Part shown: piece after piece, positions 1-10,093 of the stretch
How the letters are laid out: each line of letters starts with the position of its first letter
Numbering within the stretch: position 1 is the first letter of the stretch
DNA from: Gemmatimonadota bacterium
Lineage (GTDB): Bacteria > Gemmatimonadota > Gemmatimonadetes > Gemmatimonadales > GWC2-71-9
Direction of reading: 5' to 3'
Length of the DNA: 64,000 bases
NCBI GenBank assembly: GCA_036679645.1
Contig: JAZDCY010000011.1
Location: 85,152-149,151 of the forward strand
Position numbers and translations under genes: made by a program
Notes under the pieces: model-generated
Database searches by the model: none
What the model was told of the DNA's origin: nothing
The model's input: only the letters and a program-made list of their open reading frames with translations

Positions 1-206
1 TCGAAGTCGCTCACCGCGTCGCGGGCCCATTGTTCGAGCAGTCTGAAGTCGATGCCCATGCCGTTAGAGTCGAGCGCGTCCGGCGCAACGCGCACCGTGA
101 CCCGGAGCCGCCAGTTATGGCCGTGCATGCGCTCGCAGGCCTCCACACCCGGGAGCGTGTGAGCGGCCGAGAACGTCGTCTCGGCCGAGAGTAGATAATG
201 GCCCAC
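1..206 (-). CDS. queD: 6-carboxytetrahydropterin synthase (PTPS/QueD family), runs off window start
   Basis: Manual translation from GTG at 206 (overlaps upstream TAG): MGHYLLSAETTFSAAHTLPGVEACERMHGHNWRLRV...GMGIDF; FSAAH and CxxxHGH motifs. Not in ORF track. Confidence 0.85.
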   Translation of the reverse strand, partial: MGHYLLSAETTFSAAHTLPGVEACERMHGHNWRLRVTVRVAPDALDSNGMGIDFRLLEQWARDAVSDF

Positions 207-1591
207 TACCGAATGCCCTGAATGTGGTGCAACACGTCGTAGCGCGTGACGATTCCGGCGATCTCGCCGTCGCTGCGGACCAGAACCGCGGGGGTTTCCC
301 GGGACAGGAGCGCGCTGAACCGTTCGAGTGGCAGCTTTGAATCGATCACTGGATAAGGGGACTCCATGATCTCCCGGACGGGCTGCTCGAGCAGTGTCGG
401 CTCCGCAATAGCCCGCGCCATGAGTGCCGACTCCGTGACGGCCCCAACGCAGTCACCGGATTCGACCACGGGAAGTTGCGATACGTTGTAGGTGCCCATC
501 AGGTTGAGGGCCTGACGAATGGTGTTCGTCTCACCCACCGTCACGAGCGGAGGCGCGCCGTTGGTCTTCGATTCGAGCAGCGTGGTTGCCGTGACCCGCT
601 CCTCCTCGAGCAGTTGATGTTCCCGCATCCAGTCTTCATTGAAGAGCTTCGAGAGATACCGCTCGCCCGTATCGCACAGGAGCGCCACGACACACGCGTC
701 GGGATCGTCGGCTTCCCGGGCGATGTCCAGTGCGACGACCACGTTGAGACCCGTCGATCCCCCGACGAACAGCCCTTCTTCACGGACGAGACGACGTGCC
801 ATCTGAAAGGCCGCGGCGTCACTCACCGTCCGGAACTCGTCCACGAAGTCGAAATGCAGGGTGTCGGGCAGCTTGTCGCCACCGATACCCTCGACCTTGT
901 AGGGGTGACCCTCGATTTTGGTGCGACTGCGTCCATACTCCCCGTAGATCGAGCCGTCGGGGTCGCCGGCGATGATCCGTACGTTCGCGTTCTTTTCCTT
1001 GAGATAGCGCCCGGCCCCACTCACGGTGCCTCCGGTGCCGGCAGACGCGATGAAATGGGTGATGCGCCCTTCGGTCTGTTCCCACAACTCCGGTCCGGTG
1101 GTGCGGTAGTGCGCGTCGGGGTTGACCTGATTGTAGAACTGGTTGGCGAGGATCGCGTTGGGGGTGTCCTTCACGATTGCCTTCGCCTTCATCACGTAGT
1201 TGTCCGGATGGTCGGGTGGGACGGCCGTGGGTGTGATGATCACTTCGGCGCCGAACGCGCGCAGCAGTAGCACCTTCTCGTTCGACATCTTGTCCGGCAT
1301 CGTGAAGATGCAGCGATAGCCCTTGAGGGCCGCCGCCAGGGCCAGGCCCACGCCGGTGTTGCCCGACGTCCCCTCGACGACCACGCCTCCCGGCACCAAC
1401 TCGCCGCTATGTTCCGCGGCCTCGATGATCGCGATACCGATCCGGTCCTTCACCGAGCCGCCGGGGTTGAAGAACTCCGCCTTGCCGTACACCGGTGTGC
1501 GAATCCCATCGGTGACGCTGTTCAGCCGGATCAGGGGTGTCCACCCGATCGTTTCGAGAACGTTGTTGTAGGGTCGTGTATGGGGAGCCAT
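206..1591 (-). CDS. Cystathionine beta-synthase (PLP domain plus C-terminal CBS pair)
   Basis: KAEFFNPGGSVKDR, TSGNTG, GTGGT, VEGIG motifs; C-terminal CBS repeats. Confidence 0.9.
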   Translation of the reverse strand: MAPHTRPYNNVLETIGWTPLIRLNSVTDGIRTPVYGKAEFFNPGGSVKDRIGIAIIEAAEHSGELVPGGVVVEGTSGNTGVGLALAAALKGYRCIFTMPDKMSNEKVLLLRAFGAEVIITPTAVPPDHPDNYVMKAKAIVKDTPNAILANQFYNQVNPDAHYRTTGPELWEQTEGRITHFIASAGTGGTVSGAGRYLKEKNANVRIIAGDPDGSIYGEYGRSRTKIEGHPYKVEGIGGDKLPDTLHFDFVDEFRTVSDAAAFQMARRLVREEGLFVGGSTGLNVVVALDIAREADDPDACVVALLCDTGERYLSKLFNEDWMREHQLLEEERVTATTLLESKTNGAPPLVTVGETNTIRQALNLMGTYNVSQLPVVESGDCVGAVTESALMARAIAEPTLLEQPVREIMESPYPVIDSKLPLERFSALLSRETPAVLVRSDGEIAGIVTRYDVLHHIQGIR

Positions 1592-2004
1592 CAGGCCCCA
1601 CCTCCGAGGTCGGTGCTTTCAGGGTGTTGGAAGTGCACTGGCTGGAGAAACGCCGTAGCGACCGGAATCCCGTTCCGGCGCGCCGGCGCGAAGTGCATCT
1701 CAGCTACCGCCGCGAGCGCCGCCGAGTCGAACTCTCGGTGCCCGCTTCCCTCGGCTATTCGTGTTGAGTCTGGGACGATGGCGCCGGTCTCATCGACGAA
1801 GAGCCGCAGCACCACGGTGCCCTCGATCTGCTGCTCGTAGAGCGTCGGCGGGTAGCGCACGGGCGGCTCGGGGTTAGTGGCCACGGGCGGCTCGAATTCC
1901 GGCGTCCCTCCTCCGTCGTCGACGCCGTTGTCCGAAAGCGCGGGTTGACTCGCACAGGCGACAAGCCACATGCAGAACACGAGGAATCGTCTACCCGAGC
2001 TCAT
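1591..2004 (-). CDS. TonB C-terminal domain lipoprotein
   Basis: Lipobox-like LVAC; YP...EGTVVLRLFVDETG...SG...FDSAALAAV...FAPARRNG. Confidence 0.8.
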   Translation of the reverse strand: MSSGRRFLVFCMWLVACASQPALSDNGVDDGGGTPEFEPPVATNPEPPVRYPPTLYEQQIEGTVVLRLFVDETGAIVPDSTRIAEGSGHREFDSAALAAVAEMHFAPARRNGIPVATAFLQPVHFQHPESTDLGGGA

Positions 2005-4592
2005 GGCTCAGCGCGCTTCTTGAGGTCCGCCAGGCGCGCCAGCGCTTCGAGCGGAGTCATCGTGTCCGGGTCCAAGGTGCGGAGCTCGGAGAGCACCGGG
2101 TGGTCTCGAGAGAAGAGCGGGAGTTGGCTCGCGTCGGGCGGGGGCGGCGGTACGACGCCCGTAACATGATGACCTGCTTCGAGCGCGGTGAGGATCTCCC
2201 CCGCTCGACGGACGACCGCTGTGGGAAGTCCGGCGAGGCGGCCGACGTGAATGCCGTAGGAACGATCTGCACCGCCCGGCTCGAGACGGTAGCGGAAGAC
2301 GATCGTGTCGCCCGTTTCCTGGACGGCCACATTGAAGTTCCGCGCGTGCTGCAGCTCTTCGGTCAGCTGCGTCAGTTCGTGGTAATGCGTCGCAAACAGC
2401 GTCTTGCACCCGACCACATCGTGCAGGTGCTCAGTTACCGCCCACGCAATTGCCACTCCGTCGTACGTAGACGTGCCGCGCCCGATCTCGTCGAGCAGCA
2501 CGAGACTCGCCGCCGTTGCAGCGTGGAGGATGGCGCTGGTCTCGCTCATCTCCACCATGAACGTCGATTGTCCGCGACCCAGGTTGTCACTGGCACCGAC
2601 GCGGGTGAAGACGCGGTCCACCACGCCCATGGTGGCCCGCGCACACGGCACGAACGACCCAGCTTGCGCCAGCACCACATTGAGACCGATCTGTCGGAGT
2701 ACCGTCGACTTCCCGGCCATGTTCGGGCCGGTGAGCACCACCACCCGGCCCGCGGCGTCGAGACGGATGTCGTTGGGAATGAACTTGCCCTGGGGCAGCA
2801 CGTGCTCGACGACCGGGTGACGTGATTCCACCAGGTCCAACGCAAAAGCATCCGTCATCTCGGGGCGGACATATCCGTTGGCAACCGCCGTTTCGGCCAG
2901 CGCGGCGAACACGTCGGCCTGTGAGATCTGGTGCGCGGTGGTCTGGAGCCGCCCGATGCGCTCGCCCACCGCGGTGCACAGGGCGGCGATCAGTTCTCGC
3001 TCACGGTGCAGTATCTGCTCTTCGGCCCCCAGCACCCTGGCTTCGTACTCCTTGAGTTCCGGCGTCACGTACCGCTCGGCGCCGGTCAGCGTCTGGCGCC
3101 GCTCGTAGTGCGCCGGCACAGCATCCTTGTGCGTCTTTGTCACCTCGAGGTAGTACCCGAAGACGCGGTTGTATCCGACTTTGAGGTTCGCAATGCCCGT
3201 TGCTTCGCGCTCCCGGCCCTGCAGGGCGGCGATGAACTGCTTCCCTCCGTCTCGCAGGTCGCGCTGCGCGTCGAGCGCCTCGTCGGTACCGGGGCGAATC
3301 GTGTTGCCGTCGCCCAGCGTCGCGGGCGGACGATCGACGAGCGCTCCAACGAGCTTGCCTGTCAGGTCAGTGAGCAGATCGAGTTGCTCTGCGACGCGCT
3401 CGAGTGCGGCGCTCCGCTCCCGCGCGGCGAGACCGTCCAGCGCGCCGCGGATGTCGGGCAAACGCTCCAGTGAATGCCGCAGGGCGCCGAGGTCCCGTGG
3501 CGTGGCGCGTCCGGTGGCCGCGCGCCCGGCAAGGCGTTCCAGATCGCGGACCTCGTCGAGCGCATCGCGCAGCCGCTCACGGCCCCGCGCATCGGTGTGA
3601 AGCACCTCGACGGCATCGAGGCGCGCCCGGATCGCCTGCGTGGTTCGGAGCGGTGCCAGCAGCCACTGACGTAGCAAGCGGGCACCCATCGGCGTCACCG
3701 TCCGGTCGATGACCGAGAGGAGCGTTGGCGCGCTCCCGCCGGGCCGTAGTGGCTCTGCCAGTTCGAGATTGCGCCGCGTCATCTCGTCGAGCGGCATCGT
3801 GCTGCCGAGACGACGAATGTACGGTCGCGCCAAGTGCGGAAGGCCCTGGGGCTGCAGAGTGCGAACGTAGGTCAGTAATGCAGCGGCCGCGGCGAGTGCC
3901 GGCCGGTCGTCGTCGGTCACCCCAAGACCGTCGAGCGACGCGAGATCGAACCGACGCTGAATCTCTTCCCCTCCCGCCACGGGATCGAATTCCCATGACT
4001 CGCGCCGGGTTATCAGGACGCTTTCGGGAATGCCGACCGGCTCGTCGTCCGTCGTGAGCACGATCTCGCGAGGCTCGAGCCGCGCGAGGGCCGCCTCGAG
4101 GTCGCGTGGCTCGACACATTCCAGCACGAACTCGCCGGTCGAGACGTCAATTGCTGCGAGACCACGTGGCTCGCCGGGTGCCACGGCGGCGAGGAAGTTG
4201 TTGCGTACGCCCTCCAGCAGATCATCAGTGAGGACGGCGCCAGGTGTTACCGTCTCGATCACCTGCCGCTTGACGACTCCCTTGGCCAGTTTTGGATCCT
4301 CGATCTGCTCGCAGATCGCCACGCGAAAACCCTTTTGCACGAGTCGGCGCACGTATTCCGACGCCGCCTTTACCGGCACGCCCGCGAGCGGGATGTTTGC
4401 CGCGCCGCCATTGTTCCGCGAGGTCAGGGTGAGTCCCAACTCGCGGGCCGCGACCTGGGCGTCGTCGAGGAACATCTCGTAGAAATCGCCCATGCGAAAA
4501 AAAAGAATCGCATCTGTGTGCTGCGCCTTGATGTCCCGGTACTGCTGCATGAGCGGCGTGTCCTGGCCGCGTGTCGGGGTGCGGCGGCTCAC
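2001..4592 (-). CDS. mutS: DNA mismatch repair protein MutS
   Basis: TPLMQQY, FFRMGDFYEMF, TGPNMAGKST, STFMVEM, DEIGRGTST, ATHYHEL, SYGIHV. Confidence 0.97.
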   Translation of the reverse strand: MSRRTPTRGQDTPLMQQYRDIKAQHTDAILFFRMGDFYEMFLDDAQVAARELGLTLTSRNNGGAANIPLAGVPVKAASEYVRRLVQKGFRVAICEQIEDPKLAKGVVKRQVIETVTPGAVLTDDLLEGVRNNFLAAVAPGEPRGLAAIDVSTGEFVLECVEPRDLEAALARLEPREIVLTTDDEPVGIPESVLITRRESWEFDPVAGGEEIQRRFDLASLDGLGVTDDDRPALAAAAALLTYVRTLQPQGLPHLARPYIRRLGSTMPLDEMTRRNLELAEPLRPGGSAPTLLSVIDRTVTPMGARLLRQWLLAPLRTTQAIRARLDAVEVLHTDARGRERLRDALDEVRDLERLAGRAATGRATPRDLGALRHSLERLPDIRGALDGLAARERSAALERVAEQLDLLTDLTGKLVGALVDRPPATLGDGNTIRPGTDEALDAQRDLRDGGKQFIAALQGREREATGIANLKVGYNRVFGYYLEVTKTHKDAVPAHYERRQTLTGAERYVTPELKEYEARVLGAEEQILHRERELIAALCTAVGERIGRLQTTAHQISQADVFAALAETAVANGYVRPEMTDAFALDLVESRHPVVEHVLPQGKFIPNDIRLDAAGRVVVLTGPNMAGKSTVLRQIGLNVVLAQAGSFVPCARATMGVVDRVFTRVGASDNLGRGQSTFMVEMSETSAILHAATAASLVLLDEIGRGTSTYDGVAIAWAVTEHLHDVVGCKTLFATHYHELTQLTEELQHARNFNVAVQETGDTIVFRYRLEPGGADRSYGIHVGRLAGLPTAVVRRAGEILTALEAGHHVTGVVPPPPPDASQLPLFSRDHPVLSELRTLDPDTMTPLEALARLADLKKRAEP

Positions 4593-5410
4593 CGCTCCTC
4601 CACGACGAACGGCGATCCACCGATCGCCCGGCGGATTCCGGCGAGCACCTGTTGGGCGCGCGCGCGTTCGGCGTAGCGGCCGACACGTACCTTGAACAAC
4701 CCGTCCGCCTCGCGCACCACGTGCGGGGTGAAACCCGCCCGGCGCAGGGCCTGCATTACTTCGTCTGCCGCCGCCGCGGTCGCCACCGCCGCCACCTGTA
4801 CCGCGTACGCGATCGCACCCGCAGGCGCCGCCGAGTCAGCGGCGGTAGTGGAGTCTCCGGCTTCAACCGACGTGCATCGCTGGAGGTAGAAGCGCGCCCG
4901 GTTCGCGAGTTCTACATCCTCGCCGGCCTCGTCCACGGCGAGGCGGAGGTAGCCGCATGCGCTCGGGAGGTCGCCCAACTCTATGCGCACGCGCGCCGTC
5001 CAGAATGCCGCTGCCGCCCGCACCGGACTGAACGGGTAATCGAGCAACACACGCTCGGCGGAGCGACCCGCCGTTGCGTAGTCGCCGGCGGCAAACCGAA
5101 GCTGTGCGACGCGTAGTAGCGCCTGATCAGCCCAGGCCGACTGCGAGTACTCGATAGCCACTCGTCTGAACGTCGCGACGGCTTCGTCGGCGTCCGCCGC
5201 GACGAGCCCGGCGACGAAGAGGGCCTGCGGGTAGAGGGAATCGAGCGGGCTCAGTTCACCGAGCCGGAAACGCGCCAGCACGCGCGCGGAATCGCCCTGG
5301 CCCTCGGTCGCCAACCGCAGCGCCTGGACCAAAGCCGAATCGGTCGGCCCCTGGGCACGAGCAGGCTGCGCCACCACGCCGAGCAGGACGGCGATGAGCA
5401 CAGCTCTCAT
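4589..5410 (-). CDS. Secreted TPR + SPOR domain protein
   Basis: Signal peptide, helical repeats, C-terminal YAVQVAA...FKVRVGRY SPOR signature. Confidence 0.8.
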   Translation of the reverse strand: MRAVLIAVLLGVVAQPARAQGPTDSALVQALRLATEGQGDSARVLARFRLGELSPLDSLYPQALFVAGLVAADADEAVATFRRVAIEYSQSAWADQALLRVAQLRFAAGDYATAGRSAERVLLDYPFSPVRAAAAFWTARVRIELGDLPSACGYLRLAVDEAGEDVELANRARFYLQRCTSVEAGDSTTAADSAAPAGAIAYAVQVAAVATAAAADEVMQALRRAGFTPHVVREADGLFKVRVGRYAERARAQQVLAGIRRAIGGSPFVVEER

Positions 5411-6453
5411 GCCGCGATGCTCGGTGCGACACGGAGCATCAGCGCCTTGAGCACGCCGGCCGCGTTCGTAATGGATGTGGTCTTCAACTGCCGATCTGCC
5501 TCATACGTCTCGGCAATGAAGTGATCGAGTTCCGCGCCCGACCAGCACTGCGCCGCCGCCGCCCAGCATGCCGCCTCGACACCCCACTTCCGCAGCTTCG
5601 CGGGACGTGCCGCCTTGATACTCTGGAACACAGCGCCCTCGACACGGGCGGGACTGGTTCCCTCATCCAGCAGTGCACGGGCCAGACGCGTGCCGATCAG
5701 GGACGTTCCCAGCAGCATGACCAACTGCACGGGTGTGTCTGCCGAGTGCACCAACACGACATCCACGAGTTGGGATGCACGAGCGACGTCGCGTTGCAGG
5801 ACGGCATCCACCCAATCGTGCGCGGTCTCACCGCGCCGAATTCCAACTAGTGCCGCTACGTCCGCGACCGTTACCGATCCGTCGGTCGTGGCGGCGGCCA
5901 ACTTGTCGAGCTCCCGGGCGAGTAGTGCCAGCTTGCCACCCACCGCTGTCGCGAGGTGATCGACCGCCTCGGGCTCGATAGAGAGTCCGCGGTCAGCGGC
6001 ACGGGTCGCCACCCAGCGGCGTACCAGCTCCGGTTTCAGCTCGTTGAGCGCGACGTGCGTGGTGTGGGCAACCAGATCGCGATCCGGCGGCTGCTCGCCG
6101 CCGTGGGTCAGTACCAGCACCGTTGATGGCGACGGGTGCTCGAGGTACGGGCGCAGCACCTTCCAGGCTTTCGCGTTCTTGCGCCACTGCTCCAGTCCGC
6201 GAATGACCACGACGCGGCGATCGGCGAGCATCGGAGGTGTCTCGATGAGCGTGTGCACCGCTTCGCCGTCGAGGTCGCCCGCCGCGCGCACGTCGACATT
6301 GAAGTCGCGGCTGGCGGGATCGACCGTCCCGTCGATCAGCGCCTTGATCAACTCGTCCTTGAGGATGTCTTCCGGGCCGGTGAGGTAGTACGCCGGCTCG
6401 ATGCGGCCGCGCTTGAGCGCGCCGTAAACCCGCTCCAAAGTGATTCCCGCCAT
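5407..6453 (-). CDS. holA: DNA polymerase III delta subunit
   Basis: YYLTGPE, DFNVD, TPPMLADRRVVVIR, ELDKL, ADRQLKT. Confidence 0.9.
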   Translation of the reverse strand: MAGITLERVYGALKRGRIEPAYYLTGPEDILKDELIKALIDGTVDPASRDFNVDVRAAGDLDGEAVHTLIETPPMLADRRVVVIRGLEQWRKNAKAWKVLRPYLEHPSPSTVLVLTHGGEQPPDRDLVAHTTHVALNELKPELVRRWVATRAADRGLSIEPEAVDHLATAVGGKLALLARELDKLAAATTDGSVTVADVAALVGIRRGETAHDWVDAVLQRDVARASQLVDVVLVHSADTPVQLVMLLGTSLIGTRLARALLDEGTSPARVEGAVFQSIKAARPAKLRKWGVEAACWAAAAQCWSGAELDHFIAETYEADRQLKTTSITNAAGVLKALMLRVAPSIAA

Positions 6454-6503
6454 GCTAGGCGGAAGTTACCGATGGCTGTGGAGCTATGAAAGGAGAGGAG
6501 GGC

Positions 6504-6998
6504 TCAGGGCGACAGGACGACGCGCACGTCGAGCGGTTCCTGCGAGCTGAGGAACTGGAGCGTCGATTGGGTAAAGGGCGATAGCGTGACGTCGATCTCC
6601 TCGAGGGGAGGCGGAAGTGTGTCGAATGCGATGGGCGCGAGCCGGACTGCCGGGGGAGCCTCTTCGGCCGCCGGAGTGTTGGCCTGGTATAGGAACAGTC
6701 CCAGCCCGGTCGCCAGCAGGAGCGCCGCCGCCAGACCGGCGCTCGTGGGAACAATGGGGTCGCCAATTGCCACCTCGGCCCGGAGACGCCGGCTCAGCCG
6801 GGAGCGGAACGTGGGTGACGGGGACACGTCACCGGACCTGAGGACGTCCAGTCCCAGCTCCAACGATTCGACGTGGTGGGCACATCGGTCGCACTTGTCC
6901 AAATGTTCGTGTACGTGCGCAACCGCCCACGGGTCGGTGAGCCGACCGTCGGCGTACTCAGAGTAGAGTTGGAGAAAGTCCTGGCAGTTTATCCGCAC
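6504..6998 (-). CDS. Anti-sigma factor, zf-HC2 type, single TM
   Basis: HEHLDKCDRC zinc motif then TM helix; directly downstream of ECF sigma. Confidence 0.8.
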   Translation of the reverse strand: MRINCQDFLQLYSEYADGRLTDPWAVAHVHEHLDKCDRCAHHVESLELGLDVLRSGDVSPSPTFRSRLSRRLRAEVAIGDPIVPTSAGLAAALLLATGLGLFLYQANTPAAEEAPPAVRLAPIAFDTLPPPLEEIDVTLSPFTQSTLQFLSSQEPLDVRVVLSP

Positions 6999-7072
6999 GT
7001 TTTTTTCCGAAGCCGGCGAATGGTACCCCCGGTGGCGGGAAGGTTCCCAGCGTCTGAGCCCCTGTGCGTCTC

Positions 7073-7699
7073 TCAGTCCACGTGCGGCTCGATGATCTGG
7101 GCGAACCGGTGACGTGCGCGGTTCAACCGGCTCTTCACTGTGCCCAGGTTGCAGTCGGTGATCTCGGCGATCTCTTCGTAGGTCTTGCCCTCCAGCTCAC
7201 GGAGCACGAAGACCATGCGGTGGTGCTCGGGAAGCTGCGAGACAGCCCACTCGACCAACTCACGGAGATGCCGCTTCCGGAACAGGTCGTCCGGACGGTA
7301 GTGATGGTCCTCGAACTGGAGGGGGCGGTGGTCTGCCTCCCAGTTCTTCTTGATTGTCTGGAAGAGGACCAGCGGGTTCCGGCTCCGGTTTCGCAGTTCG
7401 TTCTTGGCCAGGTTGGAGGCGATCGTGTAGATCCAGGTGGAGAACTTCTTGGTCTGATCGAACCGGTGCAGATGCCGATGCACCCGGATGAACACCTCCT
7501 GGACCAGATCCTCGCCCCGCTCCCGGTCTCCGATGGTGCGGAAGACGAAGTTGAGCAGGCGCCTCTGATACCGCTCGACCAGTTGGTCGAACGAGCGCCG
7601 ATCTCCCGCGAGATACGCGGCGACGACTTCCGAGTCCGTTGGCGTACGGACCGGCGTTGCCTCGACGGTCCGTGACGTCGTGGTCGTAACAGTGCTCAT
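7073..7699 (-). CDS. ECF RNA polymerase sigma factor (RpoE/SigW-like)
   Basis: EDLVQEVF, FSTWIYTIASN, YEEIAEITDCNLGTVKSRLNRAR. Confidence 0.92.
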   Translation of the reverse strand: MSTVTTTTSRTVEATPVRTPTDSEVVAAYLAGDRRSFDQLVERYQRRLLNFVFRTIGDRERGEDLVQEVFIRVHRHLHRFDQTKKFSTWIYTIASNLAKNELRNRSRNPLVLFQTIKKNWEADHRPLQFEDHHYRPDDLFRKRHLRELVEWAVSQLPEHHRMVFVLRELEGKTYEEIAEITDCNLGTVKSRLNRARHRFAQIIEPHVD

Positions 7700-7787
7700 T
7701 TTTGGCTCCCTGGACCCCCGAAGGGGTCGCGATGCGAACGAACAGGCTCCGTAATACCCACTCCCTGTTGGTCAGAGATCACATTGC

Positions 7788-7802
7788 GCAACATCTGTAC
7801 CC
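7788..7802 (-). promoter_or_regulatory. Putative sigma54 -24/-12 promoter of the ECF sigma gene
   Basis: Minus strand GGGTAC-AGATG-TTGC, exact GG-N10-GC; palindrome GTCCCC-TTCT-GGGGAC ~100 bp upstream (7902-7917). Confidence 0.55.
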
Positions 7803-7925
7803 TGCCAGGCCCCGGGTCGTTTTGGACCATAAATCGTTTCAAGTCAGTCTGTTAGCGACCTTTTCACGATAACACGGGTGAAACCCTAATTGTTCCCTCC
7901 CGTCCCCTTCTGGGGACACGACCTG

Positions 7926-8480
7926 TCACCATCCGAGTCGAAATCCTGCCGCGTAGAGCAGGCCGACCATCGACTTGGCATCCACGATCTCGCCGTCCCG
8001 AATCATCTTCATGATCTGGGACATCGGGAACGGCCGGACGTCGATCAGCTCATCGTGCTCCGGCCGGGCCTCTCCCATAGAGATGCCCCAGGCGAGGAAA
8101 AGGTGTATTCGCTCATCTGTGAACCCCGGGGTCGTGTAGATCGTCGTCATATGCTCTACGTGTGATGCCACCCCTCCGGTTTCTTCCGCGAGCTCCCGCC
8201 GGGCGCAATCGACCGGATCCTCACCGGGCTCGAGCACGCCGGCGGGGATCTCCCAGATCCTGCCGTCCGCGGCGTAGCGGAACTGATGGATCAGGAGCAC
8301 CTGCGGGTCATCTCCCTTTGGGTCGGACAGGAGCGGGACCACCGCCGCCGCTCCGGCGTGCCGGATCATCTCCAGCTCCACCTCGATTCCATGCGGGAGC
8401 CGGACGGTATCCACGTCGAGCTTCACGATTTGTCCGTCATACGCGCGGCGGGTTGCCAGAACGGTCGCGTTGTCGGCCAA
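7926..8480 (-). CDS. Nudix hydrolase (ADP-ribose pyrophosphatase-like)
   Basis: Nudix box EIPAGVLEPGEDPVDCARRELAEETG, TTPGFTDE; start moved to TTG 8480 after GGAGG. Confidence 0.9.
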   Translation of the reverse strand: MADNATVLATRRAYDGQIVKLDVDTVRLPHGIEVELEMIRHAGAAAVVPLLSDPKGDDPQVLLIHQFRYAADGRIWEIPAGVLEPGEDPVDCARRELAEETGGVASHVEHMTTIYTTPGFTDERIHLFLAWGISMGEARPEHDELIDVRPFPMSQIMKMIRDGEIVDAKSMVGLLYAAGFRLGW

Positions 8481-8500
8481 GGGGTCCTCCGAGAGGTGTG

Positions 8501-8668
8501 CTATGTCTGTCGCGAGAAGACCAGCAATACCTTGGTGGGTTCCAGCGCCACCGACGAATGGAGATGCCACCCGGTGCGCTCGCGCTCGTTGAGCAGATCG
8601 GTCAGCGCATCTTCGTCCTCCCGGCTCGCCCCGGTCAGCTTGGTGATGACGACCTGGTATTGATGCAT
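8501..8668 (-). CDS. Small 55-aa protein (DUF4177-like)
   Basis: MHQYQVVITKLTGASREDEDALTDLLNERERTGWHLHSSVALEPTKVLLVFSRQT; GGAG RBS; fills gap between upp and Nudix. Confidence 0.65.
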   Translation of the reverse strand: MHQYQVVITKLTGASREDEDALTDLLNERERTGWHLHSSVALEPTKVLLVFSRQT

Positions 8669-8677
8669 GGTCTCCGC

Positions 8678-9325
8678 TCAGAGTGTTCCGAACAACCGGT
8701 CGCCGGCGTCGCCCAATCCCGGGAGGATGTATCCCTTGTCGTTGAGTTCCCGGTCGAGGGCCGCGGCAAAGATGTGCACGTCGGGGTGCGCTTGCGCCAT
8801 CCGCTCGACGCCTTCCGGTGCGGCGACGAGACAGAGAAAACGAACCCGGTTGGCACCCGCCGCCTTGAGGGCGGTTGCCGCCTGCACGGCGGAGCCTCCG
8901 GTCGCGAGCATCGGGTCGAGCACGAAGAACACGCGGTCTTCTTCGCTCCCCGGAATCTTGAAGTAGTAGTCGACCGGCTCGAGCGTGTCGTGGTCCCGGT
9001 AGAGGCCGATGTGTCCGACACGTGAGTTCGGGATGAGTTGCGTGATCCCATCGACCATCCCGAGTCCCGCGCGCAGGATCGGCACCAGGGCGAGTTTCTT
9101 CCCGGCGACCTGTTTGCCGACCGTCATCTCGAGCGGGGTCTCGACCGAGACATCCTCCAGGACGAGGTCCTTTGTGGCCTCGTAGGCCATGAGCATCGCG
9201 ATCTCGTTGACGAGCGCCTTGAAGTCCCGCGTGGCGGTCGTCTTGTCCCGCAGCAGCGTCACCTTGTGCTGCACCAGCGGGTGATCGACGACGGTGAGGT
9301 TCCAGTGCGGCCCTTCGGATGTCAC
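8678..9325 (-). CDS. upp: Uracil phosphoribosyltransferase
   Basis: [51 protein letters not shown]; start GTG 9325 overlapping upstream stop. Confidence 0.96.
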   Translation of the reverse strand: MTSEGPHWNLTVVDHPLVQHKVTLLRDKTTATRDFKALVNEIAMLMAYEATKDLVLEDVSVETPLEMTVGKQVAGKKLALVPILRAGLGMVDGITQLIPNSRVGHIGLYRDHDTLEPVDYYFKIPGSEEDRVFFVLDPMLATGGSAVQAATALKAAGANRVRFLCLVAAPEGVERMAQAHPDVHIFAAALDRELNDKGYILPGLGDAGDRLFGTL

Positions 9326-10002
9326 CGACCCATTCCCGGCATCTCCTGCGGTGTCTCGGTTATCGAGGACGTGGCGTCGGTCCCGTGCCCGGCCAGCACG
9401 ATCTCGCTGCCCTCGGCGCCGGTCATGACGACCTTGACCATGCCGAACGGGACATCGGGGCTCACCCACACGTCGGTCTGCGTACCGCCCTCGGCGGCGG
9501 GCCGGACGTGCAGGGCCCGGAACGTCCCGGCGGGTACCGTGACCTCTTCCCACCCGACGACCTCACCTTCGCCGCATCGCATTGCGGCATTCATCGAAGG
9601 ATTCTCGGGCATCTGGCTACGCATCATCTGCATCATCTGTTCGGACATCCGCATGGCCGGTTGGCCGGCCATCTTCATCACCATCGCCTGGACGTCGCCG
9701 GTCGTGAACGGCCATGTGGGCACCAGCATCTGGACGACGGCCTCCCCCATTGGCGTTTCCATCTTGGTTTCCATCCACCAGTGCTCGGCGCCGTTCACCG
9801 CTTCGGCGTTGACGATTGCCTGGCGAATGGATGTGGTGCCGCCCTGCATCTGTCCCTGCACTCCGGCGCCGGAGATCTGGTATTCCGCCCAATAGCCGAT
9901 GGCGACATCGGCCATCGCATTGCACACCTCCTGTGCACTCTGCGCTGGCAGGGCGCGCGCGACGGAAACGAGCAGCAACGTGGCCACGGTGGTGCGCAGC
10001 AT
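9322..10002 (-). CDS. Secreted Met-rich hypothetical protein
   Basis: ATG 10002 after AGGAG, signal peptide; [10 protein letters not shown]...[12 protein letters not shown] motif. Confidence 0.65.
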   Translation of the reverse strand: MLRTTVATLLLVSVARALPAQSAQEVCNAMADVAIGYWAEYQISGAGVQGQMQGGTTSIRQAIVNAEAVNGAEHWWMETKMETPMGEAVVQMLVPTWPFTTGDVQAMVMKMAGQPAMRMSEQMMQMMRSQMPENPSMNAAMRCGEGEVVGWEEVTVPAGTFRALHVRPAAEGGTQTDVWVSPDVPFGMVKVVMTGAEGSEIVLAGHGTDATSSITETPQEMPGMGR

Positions 10003-10093
10003 GAGTCCAGCTCCTGTGGAAGTCATGGGGTGAGTGAGCGAAAGGTGGCATGCCGGCGTAACCGGCAAAAGGGGGTGGCCTCTGGCCGCGCGA

